DNA of 64,000 nucleotides, from contig JAWKYM010000011.1 of assembly GCA_041396485.1 (NCBI GenBank), forward strand, positions 10,948 through 74,947, in the 5' to 3' direction. Source of the stretch: Burkholderiaceae bacterium. Its GTDB lineage: Bacteria; Pseudomonadota; Gammaproteobacteria; Burkholderiales; Burkholderiaceae_C. A model generated the notes under the pieces. That model was not told the DNA's origin and made no database searches. It was given only the letters and a program-made list of their open reading frames with translations. Made by a program: the position numbers and the translations under genes. Below are positions 46,591 to 55,958 of the stretch, piece after piece (the first letter of the stretch is position 1; each line of letters opens with the position of its first letter).

Positions 46591-47190
46591 TCATGCCAGA
46601 TCCTCCAGCGCGCGGCGCAGTGCGGCGCGGGCGTAGCGCAGGCGGCTCTTGGCGGTCTCGATGCCGACGCCGGTGGCCGCAGCGATGTCGGCCACGCTCA
46701 GCTCGCCTTCGGCCTGCAGCAGGAAGGCCTGGCGCTGCACGGCGGGCAGGCGCTCCAGCGCGGCCAGCAGTTGCGCGGCCTGCTGGCGGGTTTCGATGCG
46801 GCGCACCGGGCCGAAGCCCGAGGGCGCGGCCAGGGTGTCGGCCAGCGGGCGCTCGTCGTCCAGCGCCAGGTCCAGGCTGTGCATGGGCCGCGCGGCGCGC
46901 TGGTGGTCCACCAGGCGGTGGTGGGCAATGGTCATCAGCCAGGTGGCAAAGCGCGCCGCCGGCCGGTCGGCGCGGGCAGCCTGGGGCCGGTAGGCGCTGG
47001 CGTGCCGGGCCACGCGCAGCCACACGTCCTGGGCCAGGTCCTCGGCCGCGGCGGCGTCGCGCAAGCTTCGATAAAGATAGCGCCACACCCGCATGCCGTG
47101 CCGGTCATAGAGCATTTCGAACGCACGCATCTGGCCCGCTGCATAGTCGCGCATGAGCTGTTCGTCGGCGACTTCGGCCTGCGGGGACAT
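46591..47190 (-). CDS. ECF (sigma-70 family group 4) RNA polymerase sigma factor
   Basis: 199 aa from the ATG at 47188-47190. Region 2 AEDLAQDVWLRV...FATWLMTIAHHRLVD, region 4 LPAVQRQAFLLQAEGELSVADIAAATGVGIETAKSRLRYAR. Confidence 0.9.
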   Translation of the reverse strand: MSPQAEVADEQLMRDYAAGQMRAFEMLYDRHGMRVWRYLYRSLRDAAAAEDLAQDVWLRVARHASAYRPQAARADRPAARFATWLMTIAHHRLVDHQRAARPMHSLDLALDDERPLADTLAAPSGFGPVRRIETRQQAAQLLAALERLPAVQRQAFLLQAEGELSVADIAAATGVGIETAKSRLRYARAALRRALEDLA

Positions 47191-47216
47191 GCGGCCGATT
47201 ATGCGGGTGGTCGTGC

Positions 47217-48053
47217 TCAGCGCCAGCCGGGCGGGTCGGGCGTGTAGCCCGCGCGGGGCGAGTCGGGAAAGGGCTGGGGCGCTGCCGGTCGGCCGGGGCT
47301 GGGGATGACGCCCAGCGCAATCAGGTTCTCGCGGCTGTCGTAGCGAATGGCGATCAGCTCGTCGGGTTGCGCCCGGCGGCGCTCGAATTCGGTGTGGCTG
47401 ACCCAGGAGCGCTCGCGCTCGCCGTGGGCCGTGCCCAGCTGCGGCGCGGCGCGCTGGGCACGAGCGCTGGCTTTCCGCTCGGGGGTGATCGCCTGGGCCT
47501 GGCTGTCGGCCAGGGCCTGGCCCGGCGCAGCCGCTTCGGCCGCGGCCTCGCTGCGCGGCGCCGCCAGGGGTGGGGCGGGTGGCGGCTGCCAGCTTTCGCG
47601 AAACACCGCCACCCCGATCACGCCCACGTTGCCCGGCCGCCCGGTGAGCGCGGCATAGGACTGCGGCAGGGCGGTGAAGCGAAAGGCCGCCACCTCGCGG
47701 TCGCTCTTGCGCCAGCCGGTGATCTGCGCGTCCTGCCGCCCGTCCAGCACGTAGCCGGTCTGGTTCCAGGCCGCCGTCTCGCCGCTGATGACGTTGACGC
47801 CGTCGACCGCCATCACGCCCAGCACGCGCGCGCCGCCGGGGTTGCGCACCTCGATGGCGTAGCGGGCGCCGGGGCGGCCGGCCACCCACCATTGGCCCCG
47901 GGCGCGGTAAACGGGCAGGGGCGCGCCGCTGTCGCGGTCGATCACGCGCACGTCGAGCAGGCGGCCCAGGGCGTGGGCAGGCTGGGCGGCCAGCAGGGCG
48001 GTTGCGGCCATGGCCAGGGTGATGGCGCGTGTCAGCGATGAGGGCGAGGGCAT
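47217..48053 (-). CDS. secreted hypothetical protein, first gene of the ECF sigma operon
   Basis: 278 aa from the ATG at 48051-48053. Signal peptide LAMAATALLAAQPAHA. Beta-rich domain VRVIDRDSG...YAIEVRN...VMAVDGVNV, and a Pro/Ala-rich middle. I recognise no family. Confidence 0.65.
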   Translation of the reverse strand: MPSPSSLTRAITLAMAATALLAAQPAHALGRLLDVRVIDRDSGAPLPVYRARGQWWVAGRPGARYAIEVRNPGGARVLGVMAVDGVNVISGETAAWNQTGYVLDGRQDAQITGWRKSDREVAAFRFTALPQSYAALTGRPGNVGVIGVAVFRESWQPPPAPPLAAPRSEAAAEAAAPGQALADSQAQAITPERKASARAQRAAPQLGTAHGERERSWVSHTEFERRRAQPDELIAIRYDSRENLIALGVIPSPGRPAAPQPFPDSPRAGYTPDPPGWR

Positions 48054-48206
48054 GGGCGAGTCTCCGGTTCGGGTGAATGGAACGGGCTTGAACGGCGGCG
48101 CGCAGCCCAAGGGGTCAAACCGGGCGATCAAAATTGAAACGCGGCGTAAGCGCGTGCCATCGGGCCTACACTGCGGCCCTGCACCCAATGCTTGCGACGC
48201 CCACCC

Positions 48207-48590
48207 ATGAGCTTGCTGACCCTGACCGAGCTGTACACCGGCGCCGATGGCCGCGCGCGCTTTCGCGACCGGCCGCTGGACTTGGCCGAAGGCACGCCGG
48301 CCACGCGCCTGTCGGCCCTGCAGGCCTCGGGCGGCTGCCAGTTTCGCCACAGTCCGGTGGGTTTTGCCAGCGACTTTCATTGCACCGCCACGCCGCAGTG
48401 GCTGGTGGTGCTGCAGGGGCGCATGGAAATCGGCTTGCGCGACGGCAGCGCGCGCGTGTTTGGCCCGGGCGAGTGTTTTTATTCCAACGACACGCTGCCG
48501 GCGGGCGCCGTGTTCGACCCGGCGGTGCACGGCCATTGCAGCCGGTTGCTGGGCACGGAGCCGCTGGTCACGCTGTTCGTGCGGGCGTAG
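48207..48590 (+). CDS. small cupin-like hypothetical protein
   Basis: 127 aa from the ATG at 48207. The beta-barrel-like pattern FHCTATPQWLVVLQGRMEIGLRDGSARVFGPGECFYSND supports a tentative family assignment only. Confidence 0.55.
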   Translation: MSLLTLTELYTGADGRARFRDRPLDLAEGTPATRLSALQASGGCQFRHSPVGFASDFHCTATPQWLVVLQGRMEIGLRDGSARVFGPGECFYSNDTLPAGAVFDPAVHGHCSRLLGTEPLVTLFVRA

Positions 48591-48650
48591 GACGGCGCCG
48601 CACGCCGATGCCCACGAGCGTTCCGGCCTGGCCGTCATGCCATGAAGTCA

Positions 48651-48697
48651 ATAGCTGACTGCGCCCGCCTGGTGCGGGTTTGAGGCCAAAACAATGC
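48651..48697 (-). repeat. REP-like element, copy 8 (degenerate; cupin / rhlE convergent spacer)
   Basis: ATAGCTGACTGCGCCcgcctggtGCGGGTTTGAGGCCAAAACAATGC matches the ATAGCTGCTTGCGC...GCGCCAGAGCC...TTTTGC pattern only partly. Confidence 0.45.
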
Positions 48698-48720
48698 AAA
48701 AAGGCCTCCGCAGAGGCCTT
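48698..48720 (-). terminator. rho-independent terminator after rhlE
   Basis: Minus strand AAGGCCTC-tgcg-GAGGCCTT followed by a T-run. Confidence 0.8.
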
Positions 48721-48741
48721 GTTGCAGGACAAACGCTGCGT

Positions 48742-50496
48742 TCAGCGTCCGAAGCCGCCACCGGAGCGCTTGCCGCCCCCAAAGCCACCGCCGCCGCTGC
48801 GGCCGCGCTTGCCACCGCCCTTGCCCATCAGGTCGATGCTGGTGCGCATCGGGTCGGGCTGGCCGGCGGCGCCGTGGCTGGGGCCGCGCGGGGCGTTGCG
48901 GCGGCCGTGCAGGTTGGTCTGCAGCGGGTCGATGTTGCGCGGCAGGGTGTCCAGCTCGCGGTCGTCATCGTCGTCAAAGCCGCTGTCGTGCGCGCGCGGC
49001 GTGTGGGGCCTGCCCATGGTGCCTTCGGGGCGCATGGACTGGCCGGCGTTGGGGCCGACATTGGGCCCGCCCCCGCCCCCCTTGCCGCGGCGGCGCTTGC
49101 GCTTGCGCGCCGGGTCGGCGCCGGGCTGGCCGTCCGCGCCGCGTGCGGCACCGTGCGGGCCTTCGACGCCTTCACCGGCGGCGCGCGGCGGGCGGGCGCC
49201 GCGCGCCGGCTGGCCCTGCGCGGCCTTGTTCTCGCGGATGCGCTGCATCATCTCCTGGCGCGCGGCGCGCGCGGCGGCCTGCATCACCTCGCGGCTGGGT
49301 GGTTTGCCCAGGCCGCCCCACAGCGTCTGGCGGCCCATGGCGATGGGCTCGGCCTGCTCGCCTTCCTCGGGGCCGTAGGCGTCGAGGATCTGCACCGGGA
49401 TCTGCTGGCGCGTGAAGCGCTCGATCTCGTGCATGAAGCCTTCCTCGTCCATGCACACCAGGCTGACGGCCTCGCCGCTGGCGCCGGCGCGGCCGGTGCG
49501 GCCGATGCGGTGCACATAGTCCTCGGGCACGTTGGGGATGTCGTAGTTGACGACATGCGGCAGCTCGTCGATGTCGATGCCGCGCGCGGCGATGTCGGTG
49601 GCCACCAGCGCGCGCAGCTCGCCGCTCTTGAATTCGGCCAGCGCCTGGGTGCGCGCGCTCTGGCTCTTGTTGCCGTGCAGCGCCATGGCCTTGATGCCGT
49701 GGTCGTTCAGGTAGTCGGCCACCTTGTTGGCGCCGAACTTGGTGCGCGTGAACACCAGCACCTGGCTCCAGTCGCCTTCGCCGATCAGGTGCGTGAGTAC
49801 CTGCTTCTTGCGGTTGCGGCCCACCGGGTAGATGCGCTGGGCAATGCGCTCGACCGTGGTGTTGGGCGGCGTGACCTGGATGCTCTTGGGATTTTTCAGA
49901 AGGTTGGCTGCCAGCGCGCGGATCTCGTCGCTGAAGGTGGCCGAGAACAGCAGGCTTTGCTTGCCCTGTGGCAACAGCGCCAGCACCTTCTTGACGTCGT
50001 GGATGAAGCCCATGTCGAGCATGCGGTCGGCTTCGTCCAGCACCAGGATCTCGACGTGCGAGAGATCCAGGTGGCCTTGCTGCTCCAGGTCGAGCAGGCG
50101 CCCCGGCGTGGCCACCAGGATGTCGCAGCCGGCCTGGATGCGCTCGATCTGCGGGTTCATGCCGACACCACCGAAGATCACGGTGGACGTCAGCTCGAGG
50201 TATTTGCCGTACTGGCGCACGGCTTCCTCGACCTGCGCGGCGAGCTCGCGCGTGGGCGTGAGCACCAGGGCGCGGATGGCGCCGGGGCGCGGCGCGGCGC
50301 GGGTGGACAAAAGCTGCAGCAGCGGCAGGGCGAAGCCGGCGGTCTTGCCGGTGCCGGTCTGCGCGCCGGCCAGCAGGTCGTGGCCTTGCAGCACGACGGG
50401 AATGGCCTGGGCCTGAACGGGGGTGGGCTGCGTGTAGCCCAGATCGAGCACGGCTTTCAGGATGGCCGGTGCCAGGTTCAGATCGTCAAAGTTCAT
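48742..50496 (-). CDS. rhlE: DEAD-box ATP-dependent RNA helicase RhlE-like with an RGG-type tail
   Basis: 584 aa from the ATG at 50494-50496. Q-motif [35 protein letters not shown]-terminal Gly/Arg/Lys-rich tail. Confidence 0.93.
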   Translation of the reverse strand: MNFDDLNLAPAILKAVLDLGYTQPTPVQAQAIPVVLQGHDLLAGAQTGTGKTAGFALPLLQLLSTRAAPRPGAIRALVLTPTRELAAQVEEAVRQYGKYLELTSTVIFGGVGMNPQIERIQAGCDILVATPGRLLDLEQQGHLDLSHVEILVLDEADRMLDMGFIHDVKKVLALLPQGKQSLLFSATFSDEIRALAANLLKNPKSIQVTPPNTTVERIAQRIYPVGRNRKKQVLTHLIGEGDWSQVLVFTRTKFGANKVADYLNDHGIKAMALHGNKSQSARTQALAEFKSGELRALVATDIAARGIDIDELPHVVNYDIPNVPEDYVHRIGRTGRAGASGEAVSLVCMDEEGFMHEIERFTRQQIPVQILDAYGPEEGEQAEPIAMGRQTLWGGLGKPPSREVMQAAARAARQEMMQRIRENKAAQGQPARGARPPRAAGEGVEGPHGAARGADGQPGADPARKRKRRRGKGGGGGPNVGPNAGQSMRPEGTMGRPHTPRAHDSGFDDDDDRELDTLPRNIDPLQTNLHGRRNAPRGPSHGAAGQPDPMRTSIDLMGKGGGKRGRSGGGGFGGGKRSGGGFGR

Positions 50497-50854
50497 CGAT
50501 TGAATGCGCCGGTCTTGGCGGCGCGGCTGCCTTGGGCCCGATCCGGCGCAAGGCCGGCCAGTCAGGTGGGCGAAAAGCGGGTTCTTCTTGGGGTGGACGT
50601 CGGCGTGCGCGATGGGCCGTGACCGGCTGCGCTGTCGCAAGACGCCCCAGCGGAAGGGCTGGCTGAAACGGGGAACTGGTGAACCGTCAGCCTAAGCATT
50701 ATCGCATGCATGGCCGGGCGATGCGATGCGAATGCGCCCGCGCCGACGCGGGTGTTGCGGCGTGGCCGTCGCGCAGCGCCGATAATCGGGGTTTGGCGGC
50801 CTGCGGCCACGCGGCGCCCGCGCGGGGGATGTGCTCCTCCAGATTCCAAACGAT

Positions 50855-50905
50855 TTCATGCTTCAGCGCCCATCTGGAAAGCGCTGATAGCTATCTTTTT
50901 GAGAG
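50855..50905 (+). repeat. REP-like element, copy 9 (degenerate; in the ettA leader)
   Basis: TTCATGCTTCAGCGCCcatctggAAAGCGCTGATAGCTATctttttGAGAG. Ends 8 nt before the ettA ATG. Confidence 0.5.
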
Positions 50906-50912
50906 TAATTTG

Positions 50913-52574
50913 ATGACCCAGTACGTCTACACCATGAACCGCGTCAGCAAGATCGTGCCGCCCAAGCGGCAGATCTTGAAGGACATTTCGCTCAGCTTTT
51001 TTCCGGGCGCCAAGATCGGCGTGCTGGGCCTGAACGGTTCGGGCAAGTCCACGCTGCTGAAGATCATGGCCGGCATCGACACCGAGATCGAGGGCGAGGC
51101 CACGCCCATGCCGGGCCTGGACATCGGCTACCTGCCGCAAGAGCCGCAGCTGAACCCTGAGCACACGGTGCGCCAGGAGGTGGAGCTGGCCATGGGCGAG
51201 GTCAACGCCGCGCGCGCGCGGCTGGAGGAGATCTACGCCGCCTACGCCGAGGAGGATGCCGACTTCGACGCCCTGAGCGAGGAGCAGGGCAAGCTGGAGG
51301 CCGTGATTGCCGCCGCCGGCACCGACAGCGAGCACCAGCTGGAGATCGCCGCCGATGCGCTGCGCCTGCCGCCGTGGGATGCGCAGATCAAGAACCTGTC
51401 GGGCGGCGAAAAGCGCCGCATCGCGCTGTGCAAGCTGCTGCTGTCCAAGCCCGACATGCTGCTGCTGGACGAGCCCACCAACCATCTGGACGCCGAAAGC
51501 GTGGAGTGGCTGGAAATCTTCCTGCAGCGCTTTGCCGGCACCGTGGTCGCCATCACGCACGACCGCTACTTCCTGGACAACGCGGCCGAATGGATCCTGG
51601 AGCTGGACCGCGGCTACGGCATTCCGTGGAAGGGCAACTACAGCAGCTGGCTGGAGCAAAAGGAAGCGCGCCTGCTGCAGGAAAAAAAGAGCGAAGACGC
51701 GCGCATGAAGGCCATGAAGAAGGAGCTGGAGTGGGCGCGCCAGAACCCCAAGGGCCGCCAGGCCAAGAGCAAGGCACGCCTGGCCCGCTTCGAGGAACTG
51801 TCCGACTACGAATACCAGCAGCGCAACGAGACGCAGGAAATATTCATCCCTGTGGCCGAGCGCCTGGGCACCGAGGTGATCGAGTTCAGCGGCGTGTCCA
51901 AGAGCTTTGGCGATCGCCTGCTGATCGACAACCTGAGCTTCAAGGTGCCGGCGGGCGCCATCGTCGGCATCATCGGCCCCAACGGCGCGGGCAAGTCAAC
52001 CTTGTTTCGGCTGATCGCCGGCAAGGAGCAGGCCGACAGCGGCAGCGTCGCCATCGGCAAGACGGTGCAACTGGCCTTTGTCGACCAGAGCCGTGATGCG
52101 CTGGCCAACGACAAGACGGTGTGGGAAGACATCTCGGGCGGGCTGGACATCATCACCGTCGGCAAGTTCCAGATGCCCAGCCGCGCCTACTGCGGCCGCT
52201 TCAACTTCGGTGGGCAGGACCAGCAAAAGAAGGTCGGCATGCTGTCGGGCGGCGAGCGCGGCCGCCTGCACCTGGCCAAGACACTGATGCAGGGCGCCAA
52301 CGTGCTGCTGCTGGACGAGCCCAGCAACGATCTGGACGTCGAGACCCTGCGCGCGCTGGAAGACGCGCTGCTGGAGTTTGCCGGCAGTGTGATGGTGATC
52401 AGCCACGACCGCTGGTTCCTGGATCGCATCTGCACCCACATCCTGGCGGCCGAGGGCGACAGCCAGTGGGTGTTCTTCGACGGCAACTACCAGGAGTACG
52501 AGGCCGACAAGAAGAAGCGCCTGGGCGAGGAGGGCGCGCGGCCGCACCGGATGCGGTACAAGGGGCTCAAGTAA
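50913..52574 (+). CDS. ettA: energy-dependent translational throttle protein EttA (ABC-F)
   Basis: 553 aa from the ATG at 50913, MTQYVYTMNRVSKIVPPKRQILKDISLSFFPGAKIGVLGLNGSGKSTLL. Two ABC cassettes. Confidence 0.95.
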   Translation: MTQYVYTMNRVSKIVPPKRQILKDISLSFFPGAKIGVLGLNGSGKSTLLKIMAGIDTEIEGEATPMPGLDIGYLPQEPQLNPEHTVRQEVELAMGEVNAARARLEEIYAAYAEEDADFDALSEEQGKLEAVIAAAGTDSEHQLEIAADALRLPPWDAQIKNLSGGEKRRIALCKLLLSKPDMLLLDEPTNHLDAESVEWLEIFLQRFAGTVVAITHDRYFLDNAAEWILELDRGYGIPWKGNYSSWLEQKEARLLQEKKSEDARMKAMKKELEWARQNPKGRQAKSKARLARFEELSDYEYQQRNETQEIFIPVAERLGTEVIEFSGVSKSFGDRLLIDNLSFKVPAGAIVGIIGPNGAGKSTLFRLIAGKEQADSGSVAIGKTVQLAFVDQSRDALANDKTVWEDISGGLDIITVGKFQMPSRAYCGRFNFGGQDQQKKVGMLSGGERGRLHLAKTLMQGANVLLLDEPSNDLDVETLRALEDALLEFAGSVMVISHDRWFLDRICTHILAAEGDSQWVFFDGNYQEYEADKKKRLGEEGARPHRMRYKGLK

Positions 52575-52601
52575 GCGGCCTACGGCTCAGGTGCCAGCCA
52601 A

Positions 52602-53138
52602 TCACCGGTGCGCGCCTACCAGGCGATGCACTGCCTCGAGTGTCTTCTCAACGTGCTGGAGCGGGTCGCTTCCCTGATGCGCGAAGCGCACCGTTCCGTC
52701 TTGAGCAATGACGTACGAGATGCGGCTTGCGTAGCCTGGTATCACGGACGCGGCGTCGTAGGCCTTGACGGTCTTGCCGCCCGGGTCGGAGCCGACGGCG
52801 AACTGGTCGCGGCAGGCTTCTTGCGAAAAGCGCTTGATGGTGTCCACGTCATCGCGCGAGATGCCGATCACGCGCGCGCCCAGCGCAGCGAACTTGGGAC
52901 TGGCCTCGGCAAAGGCATGGGCCTCGATGGTGCAGCCTTGCGTGAAGGCCTTGGGGAAGAAGTACAGCACCACCGGGCCCTGCTTCAGGGCCTGCGCCAG
53001 GTCGAACTCGAAGGCGTGGCCGGCCAGCGCGGCCGTGGTCCTGAACTCGGGCGCGGCATCGCCGGGTTTGAGCGCGGCGTGCGCGCTGGCTGCAAGCACT
53101 GTCACCGCCAGGGCGGTGGCGAATTGGCGGGATGTCAT
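52602..53138 (-). CDS. secreted peroxiredoxin (AhpC/TSA, Bcp-like)
   Basis: 178 aa from the ATG at 53136-53138. Signal peptide, then VVLYFFPKAFTQGCTIEAHAF. Confidence 0.85.
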   Translation of the reverse strand: MTSRQFATALAVTVLAASAHAALKPGDAAPEFRTTAALAGHAFEFDLAQALKQGPVVLYFFPKAFTQGCTIEAHAFAEASPKFAALGARVIGISRDDVDTIKRFSQEACRDQFAVGSDPGGKTVKAYDAASVIPGYASRISYVIAQDGTVRFAHQGSDPLQHVEKTLEAVHRLVGAHR

Positions 53139-53199
53139 GCAACCTCCAAGCGAGATGCGCCGCAGTGTGGCACGCTCATTGCGCGTCAGGGAGCTTTCT

Positions 53200-55686
53200 T
53201 TACCCGCAACTCCCCACAAACCCGCACTGCGTGCAGTAGTCGCACCCGTCCTTGCGGATCATGGCGTGGGCGCCGCATTCGGGGCATTTCTTGCCGGCCA
53301 TGACGCCGGGGGCGGCGCTCGATGGCTCGGCGGCGGGCTCGGCGGCGAGCATCTCGTCGGGCTCGAACAGCGAGGCCTGGGCGGCCTCGGCGCGGCGGGC
53401 GATGAGGTTTTCGACCGCGTAGCCGATGGCAGCCACCTCGCTGTCGTGCCAGCGCGGCACGTGCGTGCCGTCGGCCTTTTCGTAAGTGCCCAGGCGCACC
53501 GGGCCGCGGTCCCAGGTGACCTTGCGCATGTCCGACAGCGCCCGGTCCAGAAAGCCGCCGCGCGCGGCCAGGCTCAGCATGCGCATGGTGGCGGTGATCC
53601 ACTGCTGCGATTCGCTGCTCTGGCCCACGGGCATGAAGAACTCGATGGCGCGCTCGATCGTGCCCTTGCCGTCGGCCGTGGGCATCGGCAGGAAGGTGAC
53701 GATCAGGTACAGGCGCTGCTGACCCTCGCTGGTCCAGTACTCGATCTTCTCGGCCACCGCCGGCAGGCCGCCGGCCGGGCGCTTTTCGATCACCGTGCGC
53801 ATCGGATCGTAGGCCGGCGCCGCTGCCGCTGACGCTGACGCAACGGCCGGTTCGTCCTTTTTGGCCGGCGTGGTCTCGAGCACGGCGCCCAGGATGCTGT
53901 TGGGGCGGTAGGTGGCCAGGCCCTTCAGGCCGGCCTGCCAGGCCTGGCGGTACAGGTCCTTGAAGTCGTCGAACGGGTAGTCCGCGGGAATGTTGACGGT
54001 CTTGCTGATCGAGGTGTCCACGTAGGGCTGCACCGCCTGCATCATGGCCACGTGCTCCTGCGCGCTCATCTGCAGCGCGTTGACGAAGTAGGCGGGCAGC
54101 TTGCCGGCCGCGTCGTCCGTCGTCACGCTGTCGTCCACCAGCGTGCGGTACAGGCGGAAGGCGTGGTCTTCGACCGTGTAGCTGCTGGTGCTGCCGTCGC
54201 CCTCGCGCTTGTTGCGCTTGTAGCCCCAGCTGAATGCCGGCTCGATGCCATTGCTGGCGTTGTCGGCAAAGGCCAGGCTGACGGTGCCGGTGGGCGCGAT
54301 CGACAGCAAGTGGCTGTTGCGGATGCCGTGCTGGCGGATGGCGGCCTGGATGTCGTCGGGCAGGCGGCTGGCGAAGGTGCCTGCGGCCAGGTAGCCCTCG
54401 GCCTTGAAGCGCGGAAAAGCGCCTTTTTCCTTGGCCAGCTCGACCGAGGCGCGGTAGGCCGCGTCGCGCATGCGCCGGCCGATCTCGGCGGCCATCTGGC
54501 GGCCGTCCTCGCGGTCGTAGCGCAGCTTGAGCAGGGTCAGCGTGTTGCCCAGGCCGGTGAAGCCGACGCCGATGCGCCGCTTGGCGGCGGATTCGGCACG
54601 CTGCTGCTCGAGCGGCCAGAAGGTGACGTCCAGCACGTTGTCGAGCGCGCGCACCTGGGTGGCCACCACCTGCTCGAAGCGCTCGAAGTCGAAGGCCGGC
54701 TCCCCGTCCGTGCCAAAGGGATGGCGCACGAAATTCGTCAGGATGATGGGGCCCAGGTCGCAGCAGCCGTAGGGGGGGAGTGGCTGTTCGCCGCAGGGAT
54801 TGGTCGCCTCGATCGTCTCGGTGTAATTGAGGTTGTTGTCCTTGCCGATCTGGTCCAGAAACAGGATGCCCGGCTCGGCGAAGTCGTAGGCCGAGGTCAT
54901 GATGGTGTCCCACAGCTCGCGCGCCGGCACGCTGCGGTACACCCATTGGCCGTCGGCGCGCTGGTAGGCGCCCTGGTCCTTCACCTTCTGGCCCGGCTCG
55001 GCCTTGTGCACCAGCTCCCAGTCGGTGCCTTCGGCCACGGCTTTCATGAAGCCATCGCTCACGCCGACCGAGACGTTGAAGTTGTTCCAGCGCCCTGGCG
55101 TGCGCTTGGCGGTGATGAACTCCAGCACGTCGGGGTGGTCGATGCGCAGCACGCCCATCTGCGCGCCGCGCCGGCTGCCGGCGCTCTCGACCGTCGAGCA
55201 TGACTGGTCGAACACGTTCATGTAGCTGCATGGCCCGCTGGCGTAGGAGTGCGTGCCCTTGACGAAGGCGCCCTTGGGGCGGATGCGCGAGAAGTCGTAG
55301 CCCACGCCACCACCGCGGCGCATGGTCTCGGCGGCCTCGCGCAGCGCTTCGTAGATGCCGGGGTAGCCGTCGGCGTCGCGCCCCTGGATGGCGTCGCCCA
55401 CGGGCTGCACGAAGCAGTTGATCAGCGTGGCCTGGATGTCGGTGCCCGCCGCGCTCATGATGCGGCCGGCGCCAATGGCACCGGCGTGCAGGTTGCTCAG
55501 AAATCGGCTTTCCCATTCGGCGCGCAGCTCGGGCTTCTCGACGCTGGCCAGGGCGCGGGCCACGCGGCCGTAGAGTTGCTCGAGGGAGTGCTCGCCGGGC
55601 TTGAAATATTTTTCCGCCAGCACGTCGGCGCTGATGGATTGGGCGGCGAGTGGGTGCTGCGCCTGGGGCAGCGGATCTCTTTTCAT
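53200..55686 (-). CDS. nrdJ: class II (adenosylcobalamin-dependent) ribonucleotide reductase
   Basis: 828 aa from the ATG at 55684-55686. LINCFV, NPCGEQPLPPYGCCDLG active-site region, and a C-terminal Cys-rich zinc-ribbon tail CPECG...CDYCTQCG. Confidence 0.92.
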   Translation of the reverse strand: MKRDPLPQAQHPLAAQSISADVLAEKYFKPGEHSLEQLYGRVARALASVEKPELRAEWESRFLSNLHAGAIGAGRIMSAAGTDIQATLINCFVQPVGDAIQGRDADGYPGIYEALREAAETMRRGGGVGYDFSRIRPKGAFVKGTHSYASGPCSYMNVFDQSCSTVESAGSRRGAQMGVLRIDHPDVLEFITAKRTPGRWNNFNVSVGVSDGFMKAVAEGTDWELVHKAEPGQKVKDQGAYQRADGQWVYRSVPARELWDTIMTSAYDFAEPGILFLDQIGKDNNLNYTETIEATNPCGEQPLPPYGCCDLGPIILTNFVRHPFGTDGEPAFDFERFEQVVATQVRALDNVLDVTFWPLEQQRAESAAKRRIGVGFTGLGNTLTLLKLRYDREDGRQMAAEIGRRMRDAAYRASVELAKEKGAFPRFKAEGYLAAGTFASRLPDDIQAAIRQHGIRNSHLLSIAPTGTVSLAFADNASNGIEPAFSWGYKRNKREGDGSTSSYTVEDHAFRLYRTLVDDSVTTDDAAGKLPAYFVNALQMSAQEHVAMMQAVQPYVDTSISKTVNIPADYPFDDFKDLYRQAWQAGLKGLATYRPNSILGAVLETTPAKKDEPAVASASAAAAPAYDPMRTVIEKRPAGGLPAVAEKIEYWTSEGQQRLYLIVTFLPMPTADGKGTIERAIEFFMPVGQSSESQQWITATMRMLSLAARGGFLDRALSDMRKVTWDRGPVRLGTYEKADGTHVPRWHDSEVAAIGYAVENLIARRAEAAQASLFEPDEMLAAEPAAEPSSAAPGVMAGKKCPECGAHAMIRKDGCDYCTQCGFVGSCG

Positions 55687-55852
55687 GGGGTGAACTCCTC
55701 GGTCGACGCGGTCGGGGCCCAGCGAGCGGCCCGACAACCAAAGCCTCATTTTTGCACTGTTGCAGTTCGGTATCCGAAAGGCCGGTGGCGTTTGGCGTCG
55801 GGGTTTTCGCGCAGGGCGACAGGCAACGGATGATCCTGCAGCAACCTTACTG

Positions 55853-55875
55853 AACAAGTGCTCAAAATGAATCTT
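55853..55875 (+). promoter_or_regulatory. candidate NsrR operator (one strong half-site) in the nrdJ / nnrS divergent region
   Basis: AAATGAATCTT (55865-55875) matches the NsrR half-site AAATGCATCTT at 10/11 positions. The partner half (55853-55863) matches only 5/11. Lies 84 nt upstream of the nnrS ATG. Confidence 0.3.
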
Positions 55876-55958
55876 CTTGCGCCAAACGGCCCGCTATATA
55901 AAAATGAGCCTGTTCGGCATTCGAGCCGGTCCCGAGCGCACTCCCGCGCGTCCGTTTC

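Noticed and set aside
48054-48206. ECF-type promoter (GGAAC / TGAAC ... GTC) in the region between the secreted-protein gene and the cupin gene.
   Set aside because: GGAAC and TGAAC occur on the plus strand at about 48075-48094, but the spacing to any CGT/GTC -10 element is 21-31 nt instead of 16-17. No candidate occurs on the strand of the sigma operon.
55687-55958. Cobalamin riboswitch or NrdR boxes upstream of nrdJ.
   Set aside because: I could not find a B12-box-like core or the multi-stem architecture. There is also no pair of phased 16-bp NrdR palindromes; only a lone CTATATA at 55893-55899, which fits a -10 box better.
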